A DNA stretch of 34,638 nucleotides from Octopus bimaculoides (GCF_001194135.2 NC_068986.1:78426176-78460813), one strand, 5' to 3'; shown: positions 10,223 to 21,720, numbered from the stretch's first letter. Numbers and translations: made by a program. Notes: generated by a model from the letters alone, not told the origin.

Positions 10223-10425
10223 TATAGGGAGAATTCGCAAAAAAACAAAAGATGAGGACAGGTGGTGTAGAAAACAAACAGATGTATTAGTATTATGCTC
10301 GGGAAGTGAAAAAGTCTTTAACATTTCGAGCCTACGCTCTTCCACAGAAAGGAACACAGACAGAAACAAGGAGAGAAACAAGGAGAGAAAAAGATGTGTG
10401 TAGTGGTCAGTGCTCTATTGTGGCA
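10223..10425 (-). mobile_element. Penelope-like terminal-repeat fragment containing a hammerhead-like motif; possible ORF remnant at 9830-10190
   Basis: Minus strand 10351-10316 reads cttt-ctgtggaa-gagc-gtag-gctc-gaaa-tgt-t-aaag. The Penelope assignment is inferred from this motif and from recall of a common octopus repeat ('atatagggagaattc.caaaaaaac'). Confidence 0.5.
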
Positions 10426-10454
10426 AATATATATATATATACATATATATATAA

Positions 10455-10592
10455 GTCCTGCTTCTTTCAATTTCCATCTACCAAATCCACTCACAAAGCT
10501 TTGTTCAGCCTGTGGCTATAGTAGAACAAACGCAATGGGACTGAACCTGGAATCATGTAGTTGGGAAGCTTCTTACTACACAGCTACACCTG
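10455..10592 (-). mobile_element. SINE family B head (tRNA-like plus CORE-like)
   Basis: 'ttctttcaatttccatctaccaaatccactcacaaagc...gggactgaacctggaatcatgtagttgggaagc...tactacacagctac' matches 26295-26455. Confidence 0.9.
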
Positions 10593-10879
10593 CACAAGAA
10601 TCTTTAAATTAAAATGTTTTTTAATAATTAAATTTAATGAGAAAATAAAAATGAGTGAGAAGTATTTACTTTGAAGTAATAAGCTGGGAACAGTGGAAAA
10701 TCTGAGATTATGAGCAAAAGCATTAATAGTTCCTCTTGGTAGAATGGTAAGTTGTATTTCTGTTTACAGATTAACTACAAGGAATAACTATCTGTATGTT
10801 GATATGCTTCATTTACTTGGTTCTTGATTCAGTTGTTAATAATTAGATTTGAATATATGAAGAAGTGAGGTGAAGGTAA

Positions 10880-11283
<404 letters not shown>

Positions 11284-12299
11284 TATATGCACATGTATTG
11301 ATATAAATATATATGTATTTATATAAAGATATATTCTCAAGATCAAATCAAGATACATTCTAACCCTGATTTAATATGTATGTATATTTGTCTGCCTGTA
11401 TGTATGTATGTATGTATGTATGCATGTACGCTTGCGTGTATGCATTTATGTATATATGTATGTCCAATTACTCGCAAGGTAATCTCCACATATCTTTTTT
11501 AAACTAGTGCCACACCGACTCTCTCCTAAATGCTTTGTACCATGGAGACACATTGATACCCATCTTCTCCAGACAGGAATATGGAAACAACTCTAGGAGA
11601 GTCCCAGTGACTAGTATTTAAATACTGCACTCTACCTACATTACACAGAGATGTGTCACCACAATACAATCTGAAGTATGTTAACACTCAAAACAAATCC
11701 ACCAGTCTACTGCAACTCCACCATCATTTCAAGGAATTTTTATACTCTAAACAAATTCTTTAATCTATTGTAAGCTTCTCCTTTCTTCCACTATATTGTG
11801 CTCTCCTCCAGTAGCTTTATGTAGAATTGTGGTTTCTCAGTCATAGTGATGTCTTGGCAAGGAGAGCAAAATGAAATCTGTATTGGAAAGAAGTAGGTTT
11901 CACAGGCTGCTGTAAAAGCAACTTGTTTCAGAGAGTAGAAATTCTGAATTGAATAAAATTCTTTATGGGTGAAAGACACAGATTCTCTAAGCTACATTAA
12001 AGGCAACCTTTCCAGGAGACTAATAATGTTAAAAAAAAAAAAAAGTGGTGCAACTTTGAGAAGACACTTTAGGCCCAACATATAACCTTGCTGGTGTTTA
12101 TGATATGATTAAATGCCAGTCCATGTTGTAAACTCTGTTGACACTAGGAAGAGCATCAAACCAAAAACATACCTCAATCACAACAATTACAAATACAATA
12201 AAAAAAAAAACTTTTTGTATGTACAGTCCTAACACCATCGTAATACTGTACACAGTAGTAAGGGGGTCAAGTGAAAACATTTGGTCATATTTGAGAACT

Positions 12300-13975
12300 C
12301 CTTAATTGTCATCGAACACACCAACCCTCTTCCTTTCAGATGCAGGAAATAGACATCAAACGATCCACCTACCATCAGAAACTCTTCTCTTCCTCTCAGG
12401 TGTAAAACTTTAGCTATTGTGAGATTGTAGATGCGCTAAAGTGGAGATAGGTAAAAGTGTATTGTGTACAATAAAAAGCACTGAGAGTGGCCTCATCACA
12501 GGTAATGAAGATAAATACAAATTCTTTTAGATGTGCAACAGCTCTAGAGAGGGTAGAGTTGGCATATTGCTGGCAATAAAATTAATAAATTAACTGAGAT
12601 TGTCAGAATGTGTGACTGAGTAATTAAATTCAAAAAAAGTAATTTGCAACACAGAGTCTATCCCCACATGCTTTGCAGTCTGAACTGACAAACAAGTAGA
12701 AAAGCCATTCCTATTAGATTCTCTGGCAGATTACTTCAGTAATGTATGACTGTGGCCTCATTATCATGACTGATAACTTAAATGGACATGATTGCTACTC
12801 TGATATACCTGGAGGCTATGTACATGGTATCATTGCTTTTTGAGTTTTGTGATGCACTTAAACCAGTTATTTGCAGTGTTAGCATCAGGAAACAAGCCAG
12901 TAACGTGACCATCTACGAATCAAATGAACATACCAGTTAGACTTCATATTCACTGAGAAAGAGAAAAGCAACTGGTTGTGATACCCTTGGAGAACGTATA
13001 CCACTCAGTATAAACTTGTGATTAGTGAACTCGAGGTAAGAGCTAGATGACCTCAGAGACACAAGACAATCTAGAGAAAATGTGGAAGCTGAAAGATTCT
13101 TCAGCCAGATGTATGTTCAAAGGAGTACTAATTGACATCTATGATGAGAAGAAGAAGATAAAAATAAGTGGGAGTTTCTGTGAGACTTGTTGCAAGGTAC
13201 AGACTAGATCAGCAGCTGTAGCAAGGTTAGAGTCAAATAAGAGGCGTTTCAAATTGTAAACCACCATATCACTGTGAATCAATACTTCATTGGGGAAAGT
13301 AGAGAAGAGTAATAATGGTCCACTTGCTCTTTTGGATATGACCAAAAGCATAGTAATGTTACAAGGAGGTTGTTAAGTTGCTAAATGAGGAAAATGAAAC
13401 AAGGTGTGAAAGAGTGTGAGAGTGTGAGAGAGAAGGGAGAGAGAATGAAGAAGAGGAAGAGAGAGACTTCTTCAAGGACACTCAATTTAGGTACCATCTA
13501 CTGATGTTGAGAGTTACAATGCTGAAAGCATAAGTAAGAGGATGAAGGTAAGGAAACGAACTAGGTCATCAGTGAGCTTTGCTAAATATCTGACGAAGTA
13601 GGATATGCCCTTGTTATTTGCATTGGTAATCAGATCATACCTCATGAGAAAGCTTAGATAAAGGCGGAATCAGATGTTGTGAACTTAATAGAGGACTGAG
13701 CTGGTATTGCAATGCGATAGATACAGAAGATGATAGATGAGTAAGCAAGTGCTAAGCACACCATATGAAAGGAATTCACAGAAGTGTAAGACTGGAGAAA
13801 AAATAGGAGAGACATGTTGAAAGCTATTCTCAGGAGAGCTTCTGAATCTCACAAAGGACATAATATAGCAACAAAACAAATAATGAGATGCCGTGCATGA
13901 GAAAATTCCTCTAACCAATGCAAACATGGCAAAAAACATGTGAAAGTGGATATCAAAATAGTGATGGAGATGATG
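12300..13975 (+). mobile_element. Old RTE LINE: degraded APE endonuclease, linker, largely missing RT, and 3' end
   Basis: EIVDALKWR*VKVYCVQ (~12421), LITGNEDKYKFF*..GRVGILLA (~12492-12575), EFCDA (~12842), RKQASNVTIYES/QLDFIF/QYKLVISE (~12887-13032), KMWKLKDSS (13078), LNLTKD...DAVHEK (~13843-13905), then the tail 'catggcaaaaaacatgtgaaagtggatatcaaaa..gatg'. Confidence 0.85.
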
Positions 13976-14064
13976 TTATGTATGCATTATATATGTGTGT
14001 GTGTGTTTGATTGTGTATAATTTAAAAGTATGGTGGTATCTTTATATTGAATTTGTTCACAGAT

Positions 14065-14065
14065 G

Positions 14066-14126
<61 letters not shown>

Positions 14127-14318
14127 CATATGATATATATATATATACATATAATATATATATCATCATCATCATCATCATCGTTTAACGTCCGCTTTCC
14201 ATGCTAGCATGGGTTGGACGATTTGACTGAGGACGTACATACATTCAAACATACATTAAATATATGTATGTATATATGTATATATATATATGTATATATA
14301 TATGTATATATATGTATA

Positions 14319-14400
<82 letters not shown>
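14065..14400. repeat. (TA)n microsatellite block interrupted by a retroposed fragment
   Basis: Directly visible. Confidence 0.95.
14162..14234 (-). mobile_element. Very short 5'-truncated young RTE/family C 3' end
   Basis: '(cat)n cgtttaacgtccgctttccatgctagcatgggttggacgatttgactgaggac' is identical to 17337-17389. Confidence 0.95.
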
Positions 14401-14401
<1 letters not shown>

Positions 14402-15074
14402 TAACAAGAAGCATACATTTATATATGCTTGTACAACTTTGTGTGTAAACGATGGCCAAGAGTAATATTTACTTTATTTACTTACTACTATAAATACATA
14501 TAAGGATAACTATTCACATTTATAGCAATATTCACTTAAATGGACCATCTCTATCTATATTTATATATCTGTAAACAAACACTTAGAGTTATTACCATCA
14601 TAATTTATTGTCTGATAGATATATTGTCTGTGTATGAATGAGTGTGAGTTTATGCACGCACATATCCTCTTTATATCTTATCTTTGCAACCAAAAATAAA
14701 TACACAAAGCTGGTGATGCGAATTGTTCCTATAGTTTATTACTCCTTAGAGAGTCACAGACAAAAGAGGGAATCAAGAATCAAGTGAAATAAATGATAAG
14801 TTATCTCGTTTAAAATCTCATGTGACCATAAAAATATGAGCTATTGATGAAGCTTCTGCTTGGATGGTCAACCTACATTGAATATGTTCATGCCAAATTA
14901 CGACTCACCATTTTAGAAAATATAGGATGCATTAATTAAAATAAAACCTGTAGGTCTTATTTAAAATACAGCTTTGATTAGAATATTTACTTAGTCAAGG
15001 CTAATGAGAAGCTAAGCAACCACAATAGGAACAAAATTTGATGACAAATTTAATGTGAATTATAATATATTTTA

Positions 15075-15557
15075 TCTTTTACTTGTTTCAGTCATTGAAT
15101 TGCAGCCATGCTGGGACATCACTTTGTGGGGCTTTAGAAAACAAATCAAATCAAACACTTATTTCTGTTAAGTCTGGCACTTACTCTATTGGTCTCTTTT
15201 GCTAAACTATTAAGTCATGAGAGCATAAACAAACCAACACTGTTTGTCAGATGGTGGAAAACAAACACAAAGGCACACACAAAGATATATATATATATAT
15301 AGATATATATGATGGGCTTCTACACAGTATCCAATCTACCAAATTCACTCAAAAGACATTTGCCAGCCTGAGGCTATGGTAGAAGGCACTTGCCAAGTCG
15401 AAAGTATCAACCCCAGTACTCACTCTTTATAAGCCTGGAACTTATTCTATCGGTCCCTTTTGATAAACTGCTAAGTTACAGGAATGTACACACACCAGCA
15501 TCAGCTGTCAAGTGATGACAGGAGGGGAAGCTCAGACACAAAGACATACGCAGAGAT

Positions 15558-15608
<51 letters not shown>

Positions 15609-15797
15609 TACATACATACATACATACATATATACACAATGGCTTCTTTCAGTTTCTGTCTACCAAATCCACTCACAAGGCTTTGGTTAGCCCGAGGGTA
15701 TAGTAGAAGACACTTGCCCAAGGTGCCATGCAATGGGATTGAACCCAGAACCATGTGGCTGGGAAGCAAGCTTCTTACTACACAGCTATGCCTGCAC
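15075..15797 (-). mobile_element. Two tandem SINE family B copies (15075-15400 with truncated head; 15405-15797)
   Basis: Each shows the 3' domain, an internal TA/CA microsatellite and a CORE-like head ('gacacttgcccaaggtgcc...gggattgaacccagaaccatgtgg...actacacagc'). Confidence 0.9.
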
Positions 15798-16365
15798 CGA
15801 TTAATTTCTAATATAAACACAAGGCTTCTCTAATATAGAGAACGCAGTCAGCTAAATCAATTCCATTACTAAATTGAGGCTTTATTTTATTGACTTTTGA
15901 ATGATATAAATTGCAAATTGGTCTTAGTGAGATTTGAATTGAAAGACTCATAACTACGTACCACAAGATATCTTATCTAACATTCTAATACTTTTGCCAA
16001 ACACACCCACCTATTAATGTAATTGTCATGACTTACAGAAATGTGTAGATATATTATGAAGTAGGAGTGCTAAGCAGTGATATAATACTGGAAAGGGGCA
16101 CTGTGAACTGGTCTATGAGTATTTACACCATTGTCTACAGCAAGAAATTTTCTCCATGACACAACACAGTGAATGGCTTGTGTATTAGTCCGAAGATGCC
16201 ACAGGCACATTTGAACAATGAAGAAATTTAATTTCTGTTTCTTCAGGTTCTACTTTCAAGTCCAGACGGTGCTGACTTTACCTTTCATCTTTACCAGATC
16301 AGTGAAATAATGTATGACTCAAGCACCATGTTTGATGTAATTGACTGTCTCTCTTCTCTTCAAAT

Positions 16366-16625
16366 TTCTGGTCATAGCTGGAACACCTTTAGTCATATGT
16401 CAGCTCAATCAGAACTGATCTAAAACTAAATCCCAACAAAAACAGCCACTACATGATCGCTTGACTGGCTGAAATTAGCAGTCAAATCGCCTTCAAATCA
16501 CATTCTACCACCTTAAAGGATACGTTTGATAACGCAGTACCAAATACACTTAAAACAGATGCAGTGGTCATAGGTGGAATGCCTTTGATTATAGATTTGT
16601 TGTTCAATAAAGGTTGGTCTCAAAT
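16366..16625 (+). mobile_element. Family D, head-to-tail: tail of one copy followed by a second copy
   Basis: 'ggtcatagctggaacaccttt' (16371) and 'ggtcataggtggaatgcctttg' (16566) are repeated; the body 'cagtcaaatcgccttcaaatcaca' is shared with 1580-1610 and 30865-30890. Confidence 0.65.
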
Positions 16626-16626
16626 A

Positions 16627-16823
16627 TTGGCTTACTTTTTTTCTAGTTTACAAACAAAAAAACGAATATTATAATTGGGGTTTGTTTCTCTTTTATATAT
16701 ATTTGAAGTCATGAACTTAAGTCAAATTTGAATATGAAAAATGTAATATATGTCAGAGATTTGAAAAGTATATCTTTTATCATCATCATCAGCATTGTCA
16801 TCATTGTCATTGTCATCATCATC
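16627..16823 (+). repeat. Left arm of a ~200-bp inverted duplication (partner 18647-18859)
   Basis: 'ttggcttactttt..tagtttacaaacaaaaa..aatattataattggggtttgtttctcttttatatatatttgaagtcat...atatcttttatcatcatcatcagcat' equals the reverse complement of 18859-18700 with few differences. Confidence 0.95.
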
Positions 16824-17133
16824 GCCAGTGGGCATTGAGATAGTCCCAGTGGGCGCTGATGCCTAAGGGGGCAGTGGGGGCAGGGGTGGTAGAGAAAAAG
16901 GAGACGTTGGGAGGAAAGCAGTGGGTTCGGGGATGCTATGAATTTATTATAATATTATCATAGTATTGTATACAAATTATGTAATATTATATTACATACC
17001 AATTGATTCATAGTATAGATATAAATTAGTAAAATATAAAATATTTATTTATACATAGAAACAGGGGTGGGGGTGCTGAGGGTATTATGTGGCCATGAAG
17101 CGGGCAGTGACCTAAAAATTTTGAGAACCTCTG
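16824..17133 (+). mobile_element. hAT-type MITE lacking its 5' terminus
   Basis: GC-rich 'ccagtgggc..cccagtgggcgctg...gggggcagtggggg' head. It ends 'aaaattttgagaacctctg' (Charlie-like 3' TIR), with no matching 5' TIR upstream. Confidence 0.65.
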
Positions 17134-17229
17134 GTCTAAACTAAGCCACAACCATAACAATAGTAATATTAGTGACAATAGATGATACATTAATGTCAGT
17201 TTGAAATACTGTTATTACAAGTTAACACC

Positions 17230-17318
17230 AGTCAGGAAGGGCATCTAGCTATAAAAAATTCACCTAAAAATTTCAATTCATGCCATCTTAGATAAACAGA
17301 CGTCAAAGTGATGATGAT
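17230..17318 (+). mobile_element. Old family C fragment whose (GAT)n tail was the target of the RTE insertion
   Basis: 'cagtcaggaagggcatctagctataaaa...agacgtcaaagtgatgatgat'. Confidence 0.7.
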
Positions 17319-18646
17319 CATCATCATCATCATCATCGTTTAACGTCCGCTTTCCATGCTAGCATGGGTTGGACGATTTGACTGAGGACTGGTGAAACCG
17401 GATGGCAACACCAGGCTCCAGTCTGATTTGGCAGAGTTTCTACAGCTGGATGCCCTTCCTAACGCCAACCACTCAGAGAGTGTAGTGGGTGCTTTTACGT
17501 GTCACCCGCACGAAAACGGCCACGCTCGAAATGGTGTCTTTTATGTGCCACCCGCACAAGCCAGTCCAGGGGCACTGGCAACGATCTCGCTCNNNNNNNN
17601 NNNNNNNNNNNNNNNNNNNNNNNNNNNNNNNNNNNNNNNNNNNNNNNNNNNNNNNNNNNNNNNNNNNNNNNNNNNNNNNNNNNNNNNNNNNNNNNNNNNN
17701 NNNNNNNNNNNNNNNNNNNNNNNNNNNNNNNNNNNNNNNNNNNNNNNNNNNNNNNNNNNNNNNNNNNNNNNNNNNNNNNNNNNNNNNNNNNNNNNNNNNN
17801 NNNNNNNNNNNNNNNNNNNNNNNNNNNNNNNNNNNNNNNNNNNNNNNNNNNNNNNNNNNNNNNNNNNNNNNNNNNNNNNNNNNNNNNNNNNNNNNNNNNN
17901 NNNNNNNNNNNNNNNNNNNNNNNNNNNNNNNNNNNNNNNNNNNNNNNNNNNNNNNNNNNNNNNNNNNNNNNNNNNNNNNNNNNNNNNNNNNNNNNNNNNN
18001 NNNNNNNNNNNNNNNNNNNNNNNNNNNNNNNNNNNNNNNNNNNNNNNNNNNNNNNNNNNNNNNNNNNNNNNNNNNNNNNNNNNNNNNNNNNNNNNNNNNN
18101 NNNNNNNNNNNNNNNNNNNNNNNNNNNNNNNNNNNNNNNNNNNNNNNNNNNNNNNNNNNNNNNNNNNNNNNNNNNNNNNNNNNNNNNNNNNNNNNNNNNN
18201 NNNNNNNNNNNNNNNNNNNNNNNNNNNNNNNNNNNNNNNNNNNNNNNNNNNNNNNNNNNNNNNNNNNNNNNNNNNNNNNNNNNNNNNNNNNNNNNNNNNN
18301 NNNNNNNNNNNNNNNNNNNNNNNNNNNNNNNNNNNNNGAAGTTGTTTCCTGTTTGTTTGCAGTCTTTATTGCACCTGAACATCTGCCACAAAACAAAAAC
18401 TAACTTGCTAGTTAACCTGCCTTTGATGTTGCTGCACCTCTTATGTGTCCATAGCTTGCACCGGGTACATCTTATAGAGTTACTACCTACTCCTTTTCTA
18501 CATACTGAGCAGGGCCATCTACCTGAAGGGGTTTGTGTTTTATCTACCTTCCTACTTATTAGGATTTTGGTTTTAGCTAGGTTGACTCTAAGGCCCTTCA
18601 ATTCTAGACCTTGCTTCCACACCTGAAACTTCTCCTCTAGTTCTGG
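17319..18646 (-). mobile_element. Young 5'-truncated RTE LINE (RT C-terminal part with PHD-like insert, 745-N gap, 3' UTR and (GAT)n tail)
   Basis: Minus strand reads PELEEKFQVWKQGLELKGLRVNLAKTKILIS...WPCSVCRKGVGSNSIRCTRCKLWTHKRC...F/CGRCSGAIKT. The 3' UTR 17592-17337 ends 'ggaaagcggacgttaaacgatgatgatg'. The gap size is compatible with the missing ORF2 remainder. Confidence 0.9.
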
Positions 18647-18859
18647 GTGATGACAATGACAACCATGATGATGATGATGCTGATGATGATGATGCTGATG
18701 ATGATGATAAAAGATATATTTTTCAAATCTCTGACATATATTACATTTTTCATATTCAAATTTGATTTAAGTTGATGACTTCAAATATATATAAAAGAGA
18801 AACAAACCCCAATTATAATATTTTGTTTTTGTTTGTAAACTATAACAAAAGTAAGCCAA
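18647..18859 (-). repeat. Right arm of the inverted duplication (includes the continuation of the GAT/GAC tail)
   Basis: Reverse complement of 16627-16823; see finding. Confidence 0.95.
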
Positions 18860-19249
18860 AAACAAAGAAATCATAGACTTGTACAAAACTGAAGGAATAG
18901 TAAATGAAGATTTATGATTTTAAAGATTTTCTAGTGAATAAATATTTTTATTTTTATGACAGTGATTTACTGCTTAAATTTATGACATAATGAATTGCTG
19001 CTTGAATTTCATTGTTTTATGAGTGGGGCAGGAACAAATTACTGCCCCAAAATTTGGTGGATATATTTATTGATATAGTTACATTTGGTTAAAGCTAGGA
19101 ATGGCTATTTACTTAAAAATTTAGCTTGGTTCTGGGTTAGATTTCTGCTGTACTTTGGGTTGATCAAAACCTTCTGTCAGAACATCTGTTTAAGAAGATG
19201 GTAAAGATGAACTGCCTGCATTAAGGAAGACAAAGGCTAAGAAATTGTA

Positions 19250-20900
19250 ATCTGAATGTGAAACAAGTGTCTGTCTGCTTTAGAGCAGTTTCCAATAGAC
19301 TGAATGCATGTTGGCCTCCTGCAGTTGTCTTGAGTTAGTTTTGTCACTGGATCCATCTTTCTCATAGCAAAGACAGTGATATGAGGGGAATGTACATCCC
19401 AGCATCATTACCAATTTGCACTGGGCTGACAACCTCCCTTGCAATACAAATCATGGATATTAAATCTCAAGGTATTGTCATTGCTGTTGAGGCTGTTACA
19501 AATATATTATGATGAACTACTGCCACTTCTGCAGTTTCATTACTCACAAATGTATACAGTAAGTGTAGCATAGTCAGTGGCAGCTATGATACTCTGATAG
19601 TCTGCATGAGATGGAATTAAACATCTTCGGATATCTAACCATACAAGCAGTAAACTTTGGTGATTCTGCCTCACCTCCTTATGGCAGCATTATTGATGGG
19701 AGCTGTTCAGTACAACTTCCTTTCATCTTGCTTGTGCATCATTCAATCCCATCATCTGTTTTGCCAAGATAATGGAGCAATACATTCTAGCAACCTGTGT
19801 ATAGTTTATACATAACATTTTAGTCTGTAATAAGTAGGTAGATTTTGGCCTCATGAGTCTCTCTCTATGCACAGATATGTATGCAAACATCAACCAACCT
19901 GGCTCATTGGGTTCAATGTCCATGACCTTTTCACATGTGTTGATGGGAGATTCCTTGTAGAATATGAACTTCCTATATCAATAAGCAATTATTAGTTCAA
20001 CTTATGATTTTCCATTCAGTAGATTTCCACAACTGCCAGAAGAATTTCATTAGGAACTGTCAGAAGAATTTCATTAGAAGAGACTTTTACTCAGTAATCA
20101 TTCCACTGCTCATTTAACCATACTGCATCATGGTTGTGCTATTTATTTACATTTCTGAGCTCCCCACCCACAGAATATTTCAAGACTATCCCAAATTGGA
20201 GCTTTTAGAACCTTGATGGCATGGTCTTTGTTGCTGTGGCATAGAGCTTGTGGGTTTAAGTAAACTGACAGTTGATAACTGTACACTCTTGTAATTACTT
20301 ATAAGAAGAAGCCTTTTCTCAAAATTTGCATTTAAGGGCAATTGATTTACCTGTACAGGTCTCTCACAAGCAGTTCCTTGTAGACTTTGGATAGATTATC
20401 ATAAAGTTATAACTTGTGATTTCTGACTTCCTTATTCACATGGCATCTAATGATAGGATCTAACTGATCAATGTCTTATTCTTTCTCTGTCAATATTCTT
20501 TTGGAAAGAAGTAATCCATCTTGGCAGTGCGTTATCATTTCAATTGATTTCTGTTACTACCATTTGTTGACAAATGGTAATTCCAACTCAGTACAGCAGG
20601 TCATTCAATGTCCAATAGCTGGGAGCTCAATTTGTACAAATTGTTCTTTAGAAACTTGATTGATCATGGATAACATGAAGTCAGTAGGTTTTCTATTGAT
20701 CACATGTCACAGTTATTCTTTTGTCTAGTGGTTTGTTGATGTTAACAGTGAAGTAGGCTTTAAATCTTTCTGCAAGCTGTGTTTTGAGTTATTTGTGTCC
20801 TTTACTCATCTCTTTTGGCTTGTAATTTGCTCTCTCCTATATATTCCATTTTGTGTATATAAACATATTCTAAAGATTATTTTGAAAGCTGAGTCCATGA
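19250..20900 (-). mobile_element. Heavily degraded R4/Dong-like (RLE-type) non-LTR retrotransposon: N-terminal region and first RT motifs
   Basis: In order on the minus strand, with frameshifts: WTLNDLLY (~20615), PRWITSFQKNIDRER (~20523-20480), HDAVWLNEQW (~20130), PGWL (~19905), GSCTEQL/INNAAI/EVRQNHQSLLLVWLD (~19720-19632). Order and spacing fit R4/Dong proteins as I recall them. Confidence 0.65.
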
Positions 20901-21197
20901 GAATAAATGATCCTGTAACTGGATTATCTGATTTAAATTCTCTTTAAAATCTATGAATCTTAAAATTTCTGAGTAACGGTGAGACACATCCTCCAGTATC
21001 TTACAGTAAATATGTTTACAAACACAAAATAGATGTTCTGTGGAAATTGTGTATTGCAATTAATGTTAGTTAGTTTTTATCACAGTATATAAATACATAC
21101 ATATACACATATTTATACACATACATGCATTTATATATTCAAATATATATATTTATATGTATGTACATACATACATGTATATGTTCATACATATATG

Positions 21198-21229
<32 letters not shown>

Positions 21230-21609
21230 CATGCACATACTCACTTATATATGTATATAGATATAGATACATACACATGTATAATAACCCTTACCAAATA
21301 ATAGGTTAAGATACTAGAAATAAAACTATTGATCTATCCAATTATTTATTTATGGTTCACAAGTAAAGATGATGTAGCAAAATGTACTGTGAGAGATTGT
21401 TCCAGACTAGACAGAAATTTGATAGTAAATATTATAAATACCTTCAGACGTAAAAGTAAAGAAAGAACTTTTAAAAGAATTATAAAAGCTGTGTTTACAC
21501 CAAACTGAGTAGAATATCAATGAACAAACACATTACCGTATAGAGAGACGAGAAGTGAAATAGTGGAATAGATGAATTTTGTTTTTGATGGGTTAATTTA
21601 GTTATATTC

Positions 21610-21720
21610 TTTGACTGGTTTCATTCATTGGACTGCAGCCATGCTAGGTTACTCATCACCTTCAATGGTTTTAGTGAATCACATTGAGCCTAGTGATTAT
21701 TTTAGTCTTGTGTTGACATA
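21610..21720 (-). mobile_element. Degraded SINE family B 3' fragment
   Basis: 'tggtttcattcattggactgcagccatgctagg...accttcaatggttttagtgaatcacattgagcctagt'. Confidence 0.65.

Noticed and set aside
14903-14947. Minus-strand 'aaaATG|gtgagt', a possible start-codon exon
   Set aside because: Perfect donor, but no promoter evidence or compatible downstream exon could be supported.
21442-21504. Minus-strand 63-nt exon-like segment (FGVNTAFIILLKVLSLLLRLK, TM-like)
   Set aside because: Splice sites are plausible, but hydrophobicity follows from T-richness, two frames are open, and the strand conflicts with the better + candidates.
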